From Leptolyngbyaceae cyanobacterium (GTDB lineage Bacteria > Cyanobacteriota > Cyanobacteriia > Phormidesmidales > Phormidesmidaceae): DNA of 64,000 nucleotides. Position numbers and translations under genes: made by a program. Shown here piece by piece: positions 51,837 to 63,582 of the stretch (positions are counted from its first letter, which is position 1; each line of letters begins with the position of its first letter). The notes under the pieces are model-generated. The model was not told where the DNA came from and made no database searches. It worked only from the letters and a program-made list of their open reading frames with translations. The stretch spans positions 2,848,001 to 2,912,000 of the forward strand of contig CBDHHL010000032.1 of NCBI GenBank assembly GCA_965263355.1, read 5' to 3'.

Positions 51837-53378
51837 CTATTTAGAGCGATGTTCTATCCATTGCTGCCAGCGACGTTCGCACCAGGTCAAAACGTGGTCA
51901 AGCCAACGCAGAATTCTTTCTAAGGGATGCTCTAGATAGCTGACGTCATTGATGTCGGCCTCAAAGGCATGGGGATCTTTGCTAGACAATCGACGGGCAT
52001 TGTGTGCTTTAGGCGAATTGCTTGGTAAACGATGAGCGCGTGCCTTAACAGTATTAGCTGTAGTGGATGATGGAGGAAAAATGCGAGATCTAGGTTGGGG
52101 ATAGTTTTTGATTATAGGGGGAAGTTTGGGAGACTTTCTCCCTGGCGCTATCTGTGACCACGCTTTTTGAAATTCCATGGGTAGGGCTGCCATAAAGGCT
52201 GCACTAATGGCTAGAACAGTTTTTGGCGAGAGTGGCTTGGCTGGACGAGGGACTATGGTTCTCGATTGTCGATACGCCTGCATGACCTGTTCAATGTAGC
52301 GCTTGAGGTCTGCCTGTTGCTCAGGGGTGAAAATATCAAAAACCTCATTTTTAGAATTCACTAATACCAGTCTTTGATTGTTGAGAGAAGAGGCTAGGGT
52401 TGTTCCATTCTGTATAATGTCTGATGTGGCTCTGCGGTGAATAGATGAGGGGTCTTTAGCTGGGTATATAAGACTATGCTTGCTAACAAGAATCAGCTGG
52501 TCCCTCTGTTTGGATGAGAGCAGTTGTTGGGTATGGGTTAGGATTGCTGAATGTGATTGCTCAATGGGTACAACTTGACCCTGAATAGCTGAAATGGATT
52601 GGGCAAAGAGGCGTTTAAACTGTGGGTCGACTCTTGCTTGTTGTTGACCTTTGGCTTGTTCATAAGCCTGTATTATGCGAGTAACATAGTATTGTAGGTC
52701 TGTCTGTTGCTCAGGGGTGAAAATATCGAAGACCTCGTTTTTGAGATTCACCAACACCAGCTTTTGGGTTGTGATAGAAGAGGCCAAGGTCGTTCCATTT
52801 TGCCAAAGGTTTGATGAGTCGCTACGACGAACATTGGTTGTTTTTTCTTGTGTGAGACTGTCTAGTTGTTGGTGTTTGTGATGAGTGGTCGTCAGTCCAC
52901 CAGATTTTCTAAGGTTTTTATTAATTGAAGACAGTTTGCCAGGGCGTTGAAACCCCCTGGTTAGTTGTTGTCTGATTTGGCTAGCTACGCCGGATAGAAG
53001 AGATGTGACCTGATTGATAAAACCGTGGTTTGGTGCCAGGGCTAGCTGTTTCTTTTGCTCTGGTGACAGTAGTTGTTGGGTGTGGGTCAAAATTGCTGTC
53101 AGTGAGTGCTCAATGTCAGTGACATGACCTTTAGCAGGGGTTACGGGTTGCTGAGGCTGCTTGGGTTGTTTAGAACTGTTGCCGCTATCAAGGGCAAAGC
53201 TTGCTCGTTTTACTGCTCGCATGATGGCATAGATAGGCAATATAGCTACCTGTGCCCCCAGGGTGGCGGTTGACTGTAGCTGCCGCCAGGCGAGATCCTG
53301 TCGCTTTAGTCCCTGCTGCCACTGCTGCAGTACAAACCTGAGTAATTTGCTTTTGTAGGGACGAGACGACGATGGCAT
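51837..53378 (-). CDS. Conserved cyanobacterial hypothetical protein with internal duplication
   Basis: N-terminal YKSKL, repeated LASS....LVLVN.KNEVFDIFTPEQQ, C-terminal Y.EHPLERILRWLD. Confidence 0.75.
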   Translation of the reverse strand: MPSSSRPYKSKLLRFVLQQWQQGLKRQDLAWRQLQSTATLGAQVAILPIYAIMRAVKRASFALDSGNSSKQPKQPQQPVTPAKGHVTDIEHSLTAILTHTQQLLSPEQKKQLALAPNHGFINQVTSLLSGVASQIRQQLTRGFQRPGKLSSINKNLRKSGGLTTTHHKHQQLDSLTQEKTTNVRRSDSSNLWQNGTTLASSITTQKLVLVNLKNEVFDIFTPEQQTDLQYYVTRIIQAYEQAKGQQQARVDPQFKRLFAQSISAIQGQVVPIEQSHSAILTHTQQLLSSKQRDQLILVSKHSLIYPAKDPSSIHRRATSDIIQNGTTLASSLNNQRLVLVNSKNEVFDIFTPEQQADLKRYIEQVMQAYRQSRTIVPRPAKPLSPKTVLAISAAFMAALPMEFQKAWSQIAPGRKSPKLPPIIKNYPQPRSRIFPPSSTTANTVKARAHRLPSNSPKAHNARRLSSKDPHAFEADINDVSYLEHPLERILRWLDHVLTWCERRWQQWIEHRSK

Positions 53379-53437
53379 AGTTGTATGACAAGCATTTCCA
53401 GACGCTTGATAAATCCTAGTTCGATCTTAGCGGAACT

Positions 53438-56400
53438 ATGAACTCCTCTACCCCATTTCTGACAAACCTAATCCAAGTACTACGGGCCTATAGCCAGCAG
53501 GATGTGCAGACGCAATGGCTGGGTCTGTATGAAGATTGTGGTGGTGGGCTAGATATGGCTACCCAGGGCTGCCCATGGGATATCAAACCGCTGAATGGAC
53601 GGCAGCATATTGCTTGGCCCCGTGGTCGAGTGTTGTGGCTCTATCAGCGGTTTACGGTGCCTGAGGTCTTACAGGGGTATCCACTCAGGGGACTGACGCT
53701 GCGTTTGTCCACTGCCTGGTGGGCGGAAGATGCCCAGTTGTACGTGAATGGTGAGTTTGTGCAGGCGGGGGATTTATTCGACTTTTTTACGCGGCTGTGT
53801 CTAAGCGAATCGGTGATGCCAGGGGACTCATTTGAGGTAGCGTTGCGGCTAGAGAGCCCAAAACATGATGCGGGGGCATTGGTGCGATCGCACCTAATCT
53901 ATGAAGCCCCTAATCATCCAGTCAGTCCTGAACCCGGCTTCGTTGCCGATGAATTGCAAGTTCTGCAGTACTATTTGCAAACCTTAGCTCCAGAAAAATT
54001 GCCTGTAGTCGAAACCCTGATTACTAAAGAATGGCAATCGAGCAGTGGTGATTTGCACCAACGCCTTGCTAATTTACGCCAGAGTCTATTGCCCTTTGGC
54101 GACTGGGTAAAACAGCGTCAAATCCACTGTGTTGGCCATGCCCATCTGGATTTAGCCTGGTTATGGCCTGTGGCTGACACCTGGCGGGCGGCAGAGCGTA
54201 CCTTTGAGTCAGTATTGGCCCTGCAGCAAGATTTTCCTGAGTTAACCTATAGCCATTCCAGTCCGGCCTTATTTGCTTGGCTAGAAGCCAATCGCCCTGA
54301 GCTATTTGGTCAGATTCAGCGGCAGGTGTCTGCTGGAAAATGGTCTATTGATGCGGGTTTGTGGGTAGAGCCTGAACTCAATATCGTCAGTGGAGAAGCG
54401 ATCGCAAGACAGTTGCTCTATGGGCAACGCTACTGTCAAGAAAAGTTTGGCTCCCGCAGTTTAATTGCCTGGTTGCCCGATACCTTTGGCTTTTGCTCCC
54501 AGTTACCCCAGTTACTCAAGCTAGGGGGGGTAGAGGTATTTGCCACCCAAAAACTACGCTGGAACGATACCACCCAGTTTCCCCATGAGCTGTTTCGTTG
54601 GCAGTCTCCCGATGGCAGTGAGGTGTTAGGCTGGACCCTGCCTCCCATTGGCACCGATGTTGACCCGGTGCAGATCGCAGAGTACGCAGCAAAATGGGAA
54701 AAGAAAACCGATAGCCTTCATGCTTGCTGGTTACCGGGGGTGGGCGATCATGGCGGTGGGCCAACGCGGGATATGTTGCTCAAGGCCCAACGTTGGCAAA
54801 AATCCCCATTTTTCCCAAAGGTGACATTTTCGACGCCAGCAGAATTTTTGAGAGCAGCGATCGCAAATGGAAAATCTGTAGAGTGGGCACTGCCCACTAA
54901 CAATTGTGAAACTTTCAATCAATTACCCCTATGGAACGATGAGCTTTATCTAGAACTTCATCGAGGTTGTTATACATCCCATGGTGATCAGAAACAGCAG
55001 AATCGTCGCGGAGAAGATTTGTTATATCAGGCAGAACTATGGGCGACGGTAGCCCAGCTAGTGGCTGGACAACCCTATCCCAAAGAGATATTAGAGACGG
55101 CCTGGAAAGGACTCTTATTTAATCAGTTTCACGACATTTTACCTGGGTCATCGATTCCAGAGGTATTTGAGGATGCGAATTGGGTGTGGGCTGAGGTGAT
55201 GGCATTAGGGCAAGAGGTGTTAGACGCCGCTTTGGAGAGTTTGTCAGCTCAAGCGGTAACTGAACAAGGCCAGCCATTGCTTGTGTTTAATCCCCATAGC
55301 TGGCGACGCTCGGATGTGGTCAATGTAGTCGTCCCAGCAGGGCCGTGGCAAATTATCAATTGTGAGACTCGGCAGCCAGTTGACTGTGTAGTCAATGCGG
55401 TCAGTAATCCCTTGGGTGGGGAGATGATGCAGGACGGTCAATCTCTTAGCTTTGTAGCCCATGCTGTGCCAGCAGTGGGTTACCGTCTATATGCCTTAGT
55501 TGCCGCTGAGTCGATGGTTATAACGGAACAGTTAGGGGAGACCACTGACTTTGTTTTAGAGAATAGTTATTTGCGAGTTGTTATTTCTCCTGAGACCGGT
55601 GAGATTAGCTCTTGTCTCCATCTGGCAACAGGACGAGAGATGTTTAGTGCCGCTGCAAACCAGCTGCAATGTTTTGACGATAGCGGTCAATATTGGGATG
55701 CTTGGAATATTGACCCTGACTATGGGTCTAAGCCCTGCGCACCTGCAATGCTTGTAGCAATTGAGTGGATTGCGAATAACCCGATCCATCAACGGTTACG
55801 TGTGACTCGTCAGCTGAACCAATCAACCCTGGTGCAAGATTATAGTTTGGCGGCAGAGTCTCCTTTCCTGACAGTAGAAACTTGGGTAGATTGGCACGAA
55901 ACCCAGGTGGTGCTCAAGGTGAACTTTCCAATTACCGTGGAGTCTGACTATGCGACCTATGAAGTTCCCTTTGGTGCTATTGAACGGTCTACAAAGCCGA
56001 CAACTGACCATGAAAAAGCAAAGTGGGAAGTGCCTGCATTGCGGTGGGCAGATTTGAGTGATGACGCCTTTGGTCTCAGTATTCTGACGGACTGTAAGCA
56101 TGGGTTTGATGCCCAACCTTGTCAGCTACGGCTGACATTACTCAAAGCACCCCTGTGGCCAGATCCAGGGTGCGATCGCGGTCATCACCACTTTACCTAT
56201 GCCATTTATCCCCACGCTGGTAACTGGCAAATGGCCCATACGCCTCACCATGCCCAGGCCTTCAATATCCCACTGCGGGCCTATACGTCTAAAAACCATC
56301 AGTCTTCTGTTCAGCGGCCTTCTGCCCAGCGGGATGCCCATCGTAGCTTTCTGAGCCTTGACTCAGACCATCTCATCCTTGCGACCTTCAAACCCACTGA

Positions 56401-56587
56401 GATAGATCGACATAATTTTGTGGCTCGGTACTATGATGCCTATGGCAGGTCATACCAGGAAGAAAGGGCTCCCATTGTTAATAGTCTAGGGTTAACCCTA
56501 GGAGAAGCTTTAAACATTCTCGAAGAGTCCATAGACGACCCCTGCCTAAAGCGAGCTTATCAAATTCAAACCCGTCGTTTGAACTGA
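53438..56587 (+). CDS. Alpha-mannosidase (GH38)
   Basis: VGHAHLDLAWLWP, WLPDTFG, GVGDHGGGPT, ELYLELHRG, NQFHDILPGSSI. Confidence 0.93.
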   Translation: MNSSTPFLTNLIQVLRAYSQQDVQTQWLGLYEDCGGGLDMATQGCPWDIKPLNGRQHIAWPRGRVLWLYQRFTVPEVLQGYPLRGLTLRLSTAWWAEDAQLYVNGEFVQAGDLFDFFTRLCLSESVMPGDSFEVALRLESPKHDAGALVRSHLIYEAPNHPVSPEPGFVADELQVLQYYLQTLAPEKLPVVETLITKEWQSSSGDLHQRLANLRQSLLPFGDWVKQRQIHCVGHAHLDLAWLWPVADTWRAAERTFESVLALQQDFPELTYSHSSPALFAWLEANRPELFGQIQRQVSAGKWSIDAGLWVEPELNIVSGEAIARQLLYGQRYCQEKFGSRSLIAWLPDTFGFCSQLPQLLKLGGVEVFATQKLRWNDTTQFPHELFRWQSPDGSEVLGWTLPPIGTDVDPVQIAEYAAKWEKKTDSLHACWLPGVGDHGGGPTRDMLLKAQRWQKSPFFPKVTFSTPAEFLRAAIANGKSVEWALPTNNCETFNQLPLWNDELYLELHRGCYTSHGDQKQQNRRGEDLLYQAELWATVAQLVAGQPYPKEILETAWKGLLFNQFHDILPGSSIPEVFEDANWVWAEVMALGQEVLDAALESLSAQAVTEQGQPLLVFNPHSWRRSDVVNVVVPAGPWQIINCETRQPVDCVVNAVSNPLGGEMMQDGQSLSFVAHAVPAVGYRLYALVAAESMVITEQLGETTDFVLENSYLRVVISPETGEISSCLHLATGREMFSAAANQLQCFDDSGQYWDAWNIDPDYGSKPCAPAMLVAIEWIANNPIHQRLRVTRQLNQSTLVQDYSLAAESPFLTVETWVDWHETQVVLKVNFPITVESDYATYEVPFGAIERSTKPTTDHEKAKWEVPALRWADLSDDAFGLSILTDCKHGFDAQPCQLRLTLLKAPLWPDPGCDRGHHHFTYAIYPHAGNWQMAHTPHHAQAFNIPLRAYTSKNHQSSVQRPSAQRDAHRSFLSLDSDHLILATFKPTEIDRHNFVARYYDAYGRSYQEERAPIVNSLGLTLGEALNILEESIDDPCLKRAYQIQTRRLN

Positions 56588-56627
56588 ACTTTTCAGCAGC
56601 AGTGGTAGACATCTGCAGAATTATAGA

Positions 56628-56657
56628 GGCCGAGCTGTTAGTAATAACAGCTCGGCC
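56628..56657. terminator. Hairpin terminator between convergent genes
   Basis: GGCCGAGCTGTTA-GTAA-TAACAGCTCGGCC. Confidence 0.7.
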
Positions 56658-56872
56658 CGTTTCTGTATATTAGGGTCGCAATAGGGGGTGGGTTATATAT
56701 AGTTCGTTTGTCTACACACTACATTCAACCCAAAAGAGACCTATCAGCTAACAGTTTGGCGAAGATAATTTGAACTTTCCTTGAAGCTATTTTTGTTACC
56801 TTGGGTTGGGCATGAAAAGTTACCAAACCATGTATAGAAAAGGCACGTCCTATCTCCGCATAACTACGTGCT

Positions 56873-57274
56873 TTAAGCTGCTACAGGTGTTTTACTATTG
56901 CTGGTATGACTATTGTTGCTATTCTCTCCATTGGGATCTTTCACCACATCTAAGTCAATATCTAGTACTTGCATCGTCAAACCAGCCTTGGGAGAGCCGT
57001 CTGATTTTGATACGTAGGGTGTGGGCTCTACACTGCCAGTACAAATAATTAACGATCCTTTTTTCAAAAAAGGTAGTTTTCGCCAGCCAGCCGATCCTTC
57101 CCAGATATTTAACCTCACTGTGAAAGATTCATTGCGATCTTTTACACTACGCACGTAAATGGTGCCAGCCGCTACCTTCGACTGACGACCGCTGCGTAAT
57201 TCCACAGTTTTGACAGTAGCGTCAGCAGCTAAATTACCGCTAACGGTCCATTTATTTAAGCCAGCACTGGACAT
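56873..57274 (-). CDS. SSB-like OB-fold protein (atypical paralog)
   Basis: LNKWTVSGNLAAD, IW....LKKGSLI..TG; no acidic DDIPF-type tail. Confidence 0.72.
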   Translation of the reverse strand: MSSAGLNKWTVSGNLAADATVKTVELRSGRQSKVAAGTIYVRSVKDRNESFTVRLNIWEGSAGWRKLPFLKKGSLIICTGSVEPTPYVSKSDGSPKAGLTMQVLDIDLDVVKDPNGENSNNSHTSNSKTPVAA

Positions 57275-57374
57275 AGAAACAAACCCCTTTTGAGATGTCA
57301 GGTGTACCCTCTCAAAGTGCCCAGCCTAACTATCAGGGTTTGTATTCTTAGTAAGATTAGGTGCAATGCCGACC

Positions 57375-58850
57375 CTAGCGGTGCCGAATAGAATTATAGA
57401 TTTTCAGGTACTGTTCGCCAGGAAGATTCCAGGAATAGTCGTAGGCCATCCCCTGTCGCTGGACTTGCTGAAATCGTTCACGATCTGTATACCAAAGGTC
57501 TAACGCTCGATCTAAAGCTGACTCTAGGGCATAGTCGTCTGAATGGTAGAACACAAAGCCATTGCGCTTTTCAGGGGGTTTATTTTCGTCGTAGTCGATG
57601 TCAAAGACCGTATCCACCAGGCCACCAACACCTCTCACGACGGGCACTGTGCCATACTTAAAGCTAATTAGCTGAGTTAAGCCACAGGGCTCAAAGTTGC
57701 TGGGGACCACGATAATATCGGCACCCGCATAAATCAGATGGGACAGCTCTTCATTAAAGCCCAGCTCTAGATGACAGTTTGGATTATCAGTTTGATGCGC
57801 TTTTTCGTACTGGAAGTGATCGTTGGTGCTGGCATTCGTGGCTGAGCCCAGTAAAACAAACTGAGCACCCCGCTCAAGGGTACGGTACATGGCGTGATGT
57901 ACTAGATGCACCCCCTTCTGCTCATCCAAACGGCCAATAAAGGCAACCAGAGGTTTGTCATCGTGACCTAGCGTCAACTGTTCACGTAGCGCTTTTTTGC
58001 TATACAACTTATTCTCTAACGTGTCTGGCGCATAGGGTTCTGGAATATAGGTATCAACCATTGGGTTCCAGAGGTTGTAGTCAATGCCGTTAAGGACACC
58101 CCTAAACTTATGTTGGTGTAAATGTAGCGTATGACCAAGACCATAACCAAAATCACCATGGTGGGCTTCCCAAGCATGGTGGGGTGAAACAGTATTCACT
58201 GCATTGGAGTAAGTAATGCCACCCTTCATATAGTTGAGGGCAAAGGGATTGAAATTATCCTGTAGGCGCTCGGGGTTGAAGTAATAGGGCTCGCGATTCA
58301 GCCCTGTGGCCCACAGTACTTCCGGACCTGCATTACCCTGATGTTTGAAATTGTGGATGGTATAGCACACACGCTGGTGCTCCATCCCGTGATACTTATA
58401 AATTTCGAATAGCAGCACGGGCACTAGGCCAGTTTGCCAGTCGTGGCAGTGGATCACATCGGGGCGTTTATTGCTCTGTTGTAAGAACTCTAGGGCTGCT
58501 TTACTAAAAAAGGCAAAGCGCATGGAGTCATCATCGCAGCCGTAGTATCGGCCCCGGTTAAACCAGTTATCTTCGTCATCGGGCTCAATAAAAAAGCAAA
58601 GACGCCCATGGACCCAGCCGCAAGAAACATCACAGCGTACTTCGGCACCGTACCAGGGCACCATGAGATCGTTGTAGGCATCGTGTAGACCCCAAATGTG
58701 GTCATACCGCATGCAATCATATTTGGGCAGAATCAGCTCTACGGCATGGCCCCGTAGCTCTAGCTCGCGACTAAGACCGTAGACGACATCCCCTAAACCT
58801 CCGGATTTGATCACTGGAGCGCATTCGGAGGCGATTTGTACGATATACAT
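57375..58850 (-). CDS. glgA: Glycogen synthase
   Basis: SECAPVIKSGGLGDV, IHCHDWQTG, TIHNFKHQG, LNGID, PSNFEPCGLTQL. Confidence 0.96.
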   Translation of the reverse strand: MYIVQIASECAPVIKSGGLGDVVYGLSRELELRGHAVELILPKYDCMRYDHIWGLHDAYNDLMVPWYGAEVRCDVSCGWVHGRLCFFIEPDDEDNWFNRGRYYGCDDDSMRFAFFSKAALEFLQQSNKRPDVIHCHDWQTGLVPVLLFEIYKYHGMEHQRVCYTIHNFKHQGNAGPEVLWATGLNREPYYFNPERLQDNFNPFALNYMKGGITYSNAVNTVSPHHAWEAHHGDFGYGLGHTLHLHQHKFRGVLNGIDYNLWNPMVDTYIPEPYAPDTLENKLYSKKALREQLTLGHDDKPLVAFIGRLDEQKGVHLVHHAMYRTLERGAQFVLLGSATNASTNDHFQYEKAHQTDNPNCHLELGFNEELSHLIYAGADIIVVPSNFEPCGLTQLISFKYGTVPVVRGVGGLVDTVFDIDYDENKPPEKRNGFVFYHSDDYALESALDRALDLWYTDRERFQQVQRQGMAYDYSWNLPGEQYLKIYNSIRHR

Positions 58851-59081
58851 GCTGACCCCTGGCTGCTCCTAAAAATGGATGTTTACTCTGTGAGTGTTAT
58901 CTAATTTAGAACGAAAGCCTTAGGTTAACCAGTCATTTATGCCTGTCAAGGGGGATAGTTTATAAAACCGCGCAGTAGTTATGGTTGCTAACCTTGGATT
59001 AGTGAGTTTAGAGGTCTCATGGTTCAGTCAATTTGGTTTGTGGAGTTTTTAGGATTGCGATCGCACCTCAATACTTTGTAA

Positions 59082-59363
59082 ATCCATCCGACTGAGGCGG
59101 CCATGATTGTAGAGGTTGCAGACTCTTCGTTGGCTTATGATCGGACAGTGAAGCACAGTCTTTATGCCAGGGCGAGGATTGCGGACTATTGGATTGTGAA
59201 TTTGGTAGATCGGCAGTTAGAGATTTATCGGCAGCCGATGGCTGATGCGGATGCAAAGTATGGATTTGGCTATACGGTCTCGGAGATTTATCAGCCTGGG
59301 CAGATAGTGAGTCCGCTGGCTATGGGTGAGAAGATTGTTGCGTTAAGCGACGTATTGCCTTAA
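59082..59363 (+). pseudogene. Uma2-family endonuclease, C-terminal fragment only
   Basis: IHPTEAAMIVEVADSSLAYDRTVKHSLYARARIADYWIVNL; in-frame TAA at 59079-59081 and no N-terminal half upstream. Confidence 0.75.
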
Positions 59364-59374
59364 TAGCAATGTAT

Positions 59375-60103
59375 CTAATCAGTTGAGTTGAGCTTTAAAT
59401 TCTGTTGAATGTAGCCCTGAACTGTAATGTTGTTCTGTTGATAGAAAACTGGGCGTTTTGCATAGCGTTCCTGATGATTACGCTCTCGTTCTTTTGTTGC
59501 GGCTTGAGCTGTAGGGGTTTTAGAAAACTGCTCTATCACTGGATAGCTTGCACCTAGATACATCAGCATCAATTCTTGTACATGAGCGCTATTGACTAAT
59601 TTTGGTGGCAAACTGTTGAAAGCTCGGGAGAGTTTTTGTTGGGTTTCTGGTGAACTGACTTGCTCGGGTTGAGTCAGATCGGCATCAAGGGGTATTTCAG
59701 CGGGCCACTGATAGAAGGCTTGTTCGGCCAGGACCGTCAACCATGGGGCAAATTCAGGGTGATGCCAGAGGGTGATTTGGTTGTCTAACAGTGAGTTGAC
59801 CAGGTCGGTTGGCTCTAGTGGCTGTAATTCTGATGATGGATCGGCAGTATAAAAGTCGTCGATATTATCGTTGAACCAGGCGTACCAGGTGGAGCTGCTG
59901 TCGAGGTCTGTAAATTTGTCAGGAGCTGTAGAGTCCTCAGAAGCAGCACTGCTGGGTTGTTGAGGAGTTAAACCAATCGTTTTTGCTTGAATGTAATTAC
60001 GGACAAGCCAGGTTAACCATGGCATCAATCCTAGCTTGATGGAGCTGGCTAGGATGAAGTCCCGTAAGGTCGATAATGGTTGGTTCAACTGTTGTTTATG
60101 CAT
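59375..60103 (-). CDS. Hypothetical protein
   Basis: 242-codon open frame divergent from the RHH gene; no recognised motif. Confidence 0.6.
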   Translation of the reverse strand: MHKQQLNQPLSTLRDFILASSIKLGLMPWLTWLVRNYIQAKTIGLTPQQPSSAASEDSTAPDKFTDLDSSSTWYAWFNDNIDDFYTADPSSELQPLEPTDLVNSLLDNQITLWHHPEFAPWLTVLAEQAFYQWPAEIPLDADLTQPEQVSSPETQQKLSRAFNSLPPKLVNSAHVQELMLMYLGASYPVIEQFSKTPTAQAATKERERNHQERYAKRPVFYQQNNITVQGYIQQNLKLNSTD

Positions 60104-60235
60104 TCTGAAAGTTTAGTACGAACATTGTTTTGGATCAAGCTTATTTACATTTTTTAGTGTCACCAAGACATGAATTGATGTCTTAATGATGTAATAAGTT
60201 GTGTCTGTAGATTTAGAAGCAGTATCATAACCACT

Positions 60236-60424
60236 ATGACCAAACGTGTGCAAGTAACTCTTCCAGACCGCCTAGCAGAAGCTCTAGAGCAGTGGGCTGC
60301 TTATGATGGCCGACCCCTGAGTAATTTATGTGCTTTTTTGCTGGAAAAGGCAGTGCTTGATGCTAAGCAAGCGGGTGCTGAGTGGTCTGAGTCTGATAAC
60401 GCCTCTGACAAGTCACACAAGTGA
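60236..60424 (+). CDS. Ribbon-helix-helix (CopG-like) DNA-binding protein
   Basis: KRVQVTLPD.LAEALEQWA..DGRPLSNLCAFLLE. Confidence 0.85.
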   Translation: MTKRVQVTLPDRLAEALEQWAAYDGRPLSNLCAFLLEKAVLDAKQAGAEWSESDNASDKSHK

Positions 60425-60658
60425 TTGCAAAGTCACACAAGTGATTGTGAGGGGTATCTATTTGAGCGACATCTACTTTGTGCTCCTGCAAGACTTCGGA
60501 CATTACAACGTAAGAGGTATGGACATCGTCCTTGAGCTGTTCTAATTGCTCCAGGAATGCCATTAGGTCTTTAGATCCATGGGTGTATGCACTCAGACTG
60601 AATGGTAGTAAATCAGAAGATATACATCGGTGAGTGATTCCTGCTAAAAAGTTAATGC

Positions 60659-61252
60659 TTAGATATTTAGAACGGTTTGAGCGGTGATGGCTAGGTCTGG
60701 GAAAACGGCTGAATTGATAATTTGTTGGTCTGTGTAGATTTTTTCTTGGTAAGTTCCGTCTATCAGTATGAGCACGGTGACTTGAGCGCGATGAGGGTCG
60801 ATAATCCAGTATTCTGGGATGCCCCAGTCCTGATATTGCTGGCGCTTCCATTCGTAATCGCGGCGATAATTGTCGCTGGTGGGACCGCCGGGGCTGACGA
60901 CTTCGGCGATCAATTGGGGTGGTGGATCGCCCAGCACAAGGGCGGTTTTGTTGAGTAGGGTTTCGAGCTGCAGGTGGTCTGGGCGAAGGATAACCAGGTC
61001 GGGATGGCGAGATTTACGATTGTCGCCGATGGGGTTGACCTGCATGGTGAGGACGTGGGCAACGATGAGGGTGGCGTCTACATGGGCTTCAATCTGGGCG
61101 GTGAGAAGTTTGACCAAGAGGTTATTGATCCAAGCTTCGTTTGGCACTTCTACCAGTTCTCCATTGCTCAGCAGGTCGTACCGGATATCTGAACCGTCAT
61201 CGTGGTCTAGATACTCGGTGAAGGTCATGGGTTTTGCCTTTGCCTGGGTCAT
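60659..61252 (-). CDS. Uma2-family (DUF820) endonuclease
   Basis: MTFTEYL, SRHPDLVIL, LIAEVVSPG, RDYEWKRQQY..WGIPEYWIIDP. Confidence 0.9.
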   Translation of the reverse strand: MTQAKAKPMTFTEYLDHDDGSDIRYDLLSNGELVEVPNEAWINNLLVKLLTAQIEAHVDATLIVAHVLTMQVNPIGDNRKSRHPDLVILRPDHLQLETLLNKTALVLGDPPPQLIAEVVSPGGPTSDNYRRDYEWKRQQYQDWGIPEYWIIDPHRAQVTVLILIDGTYQEKIYTDQQIINSAVFPDLAITAQTVLNI

Positions 61253-61397
61253 TCGCCTAACCTCCTGGTGTTCAGGATCTTTATTAAGTTTAGCGGGTGT
61301 AGTTGGACGCTGGAAAATATCAGCTTTTTTTACTGAATCGGGTGATACTGGGCTGTAGGTCCTGATAATGACTCCACTCTGCCACGGTATGAACCAG

Positions 61398-63547
<2,150 letters not shown>

Positions 63548-63582
63548 AATGGCAGACATTATGCTTTTGAGGTTGTTGCTGT

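Noticed and set aside
60564..60851. 5' part of the 162-aa minus-strand ORF 60363..60851
   Set aside because: It overlaps the Uma2 gene in another frame; only the part from ATG 60563 is a plausible gene.
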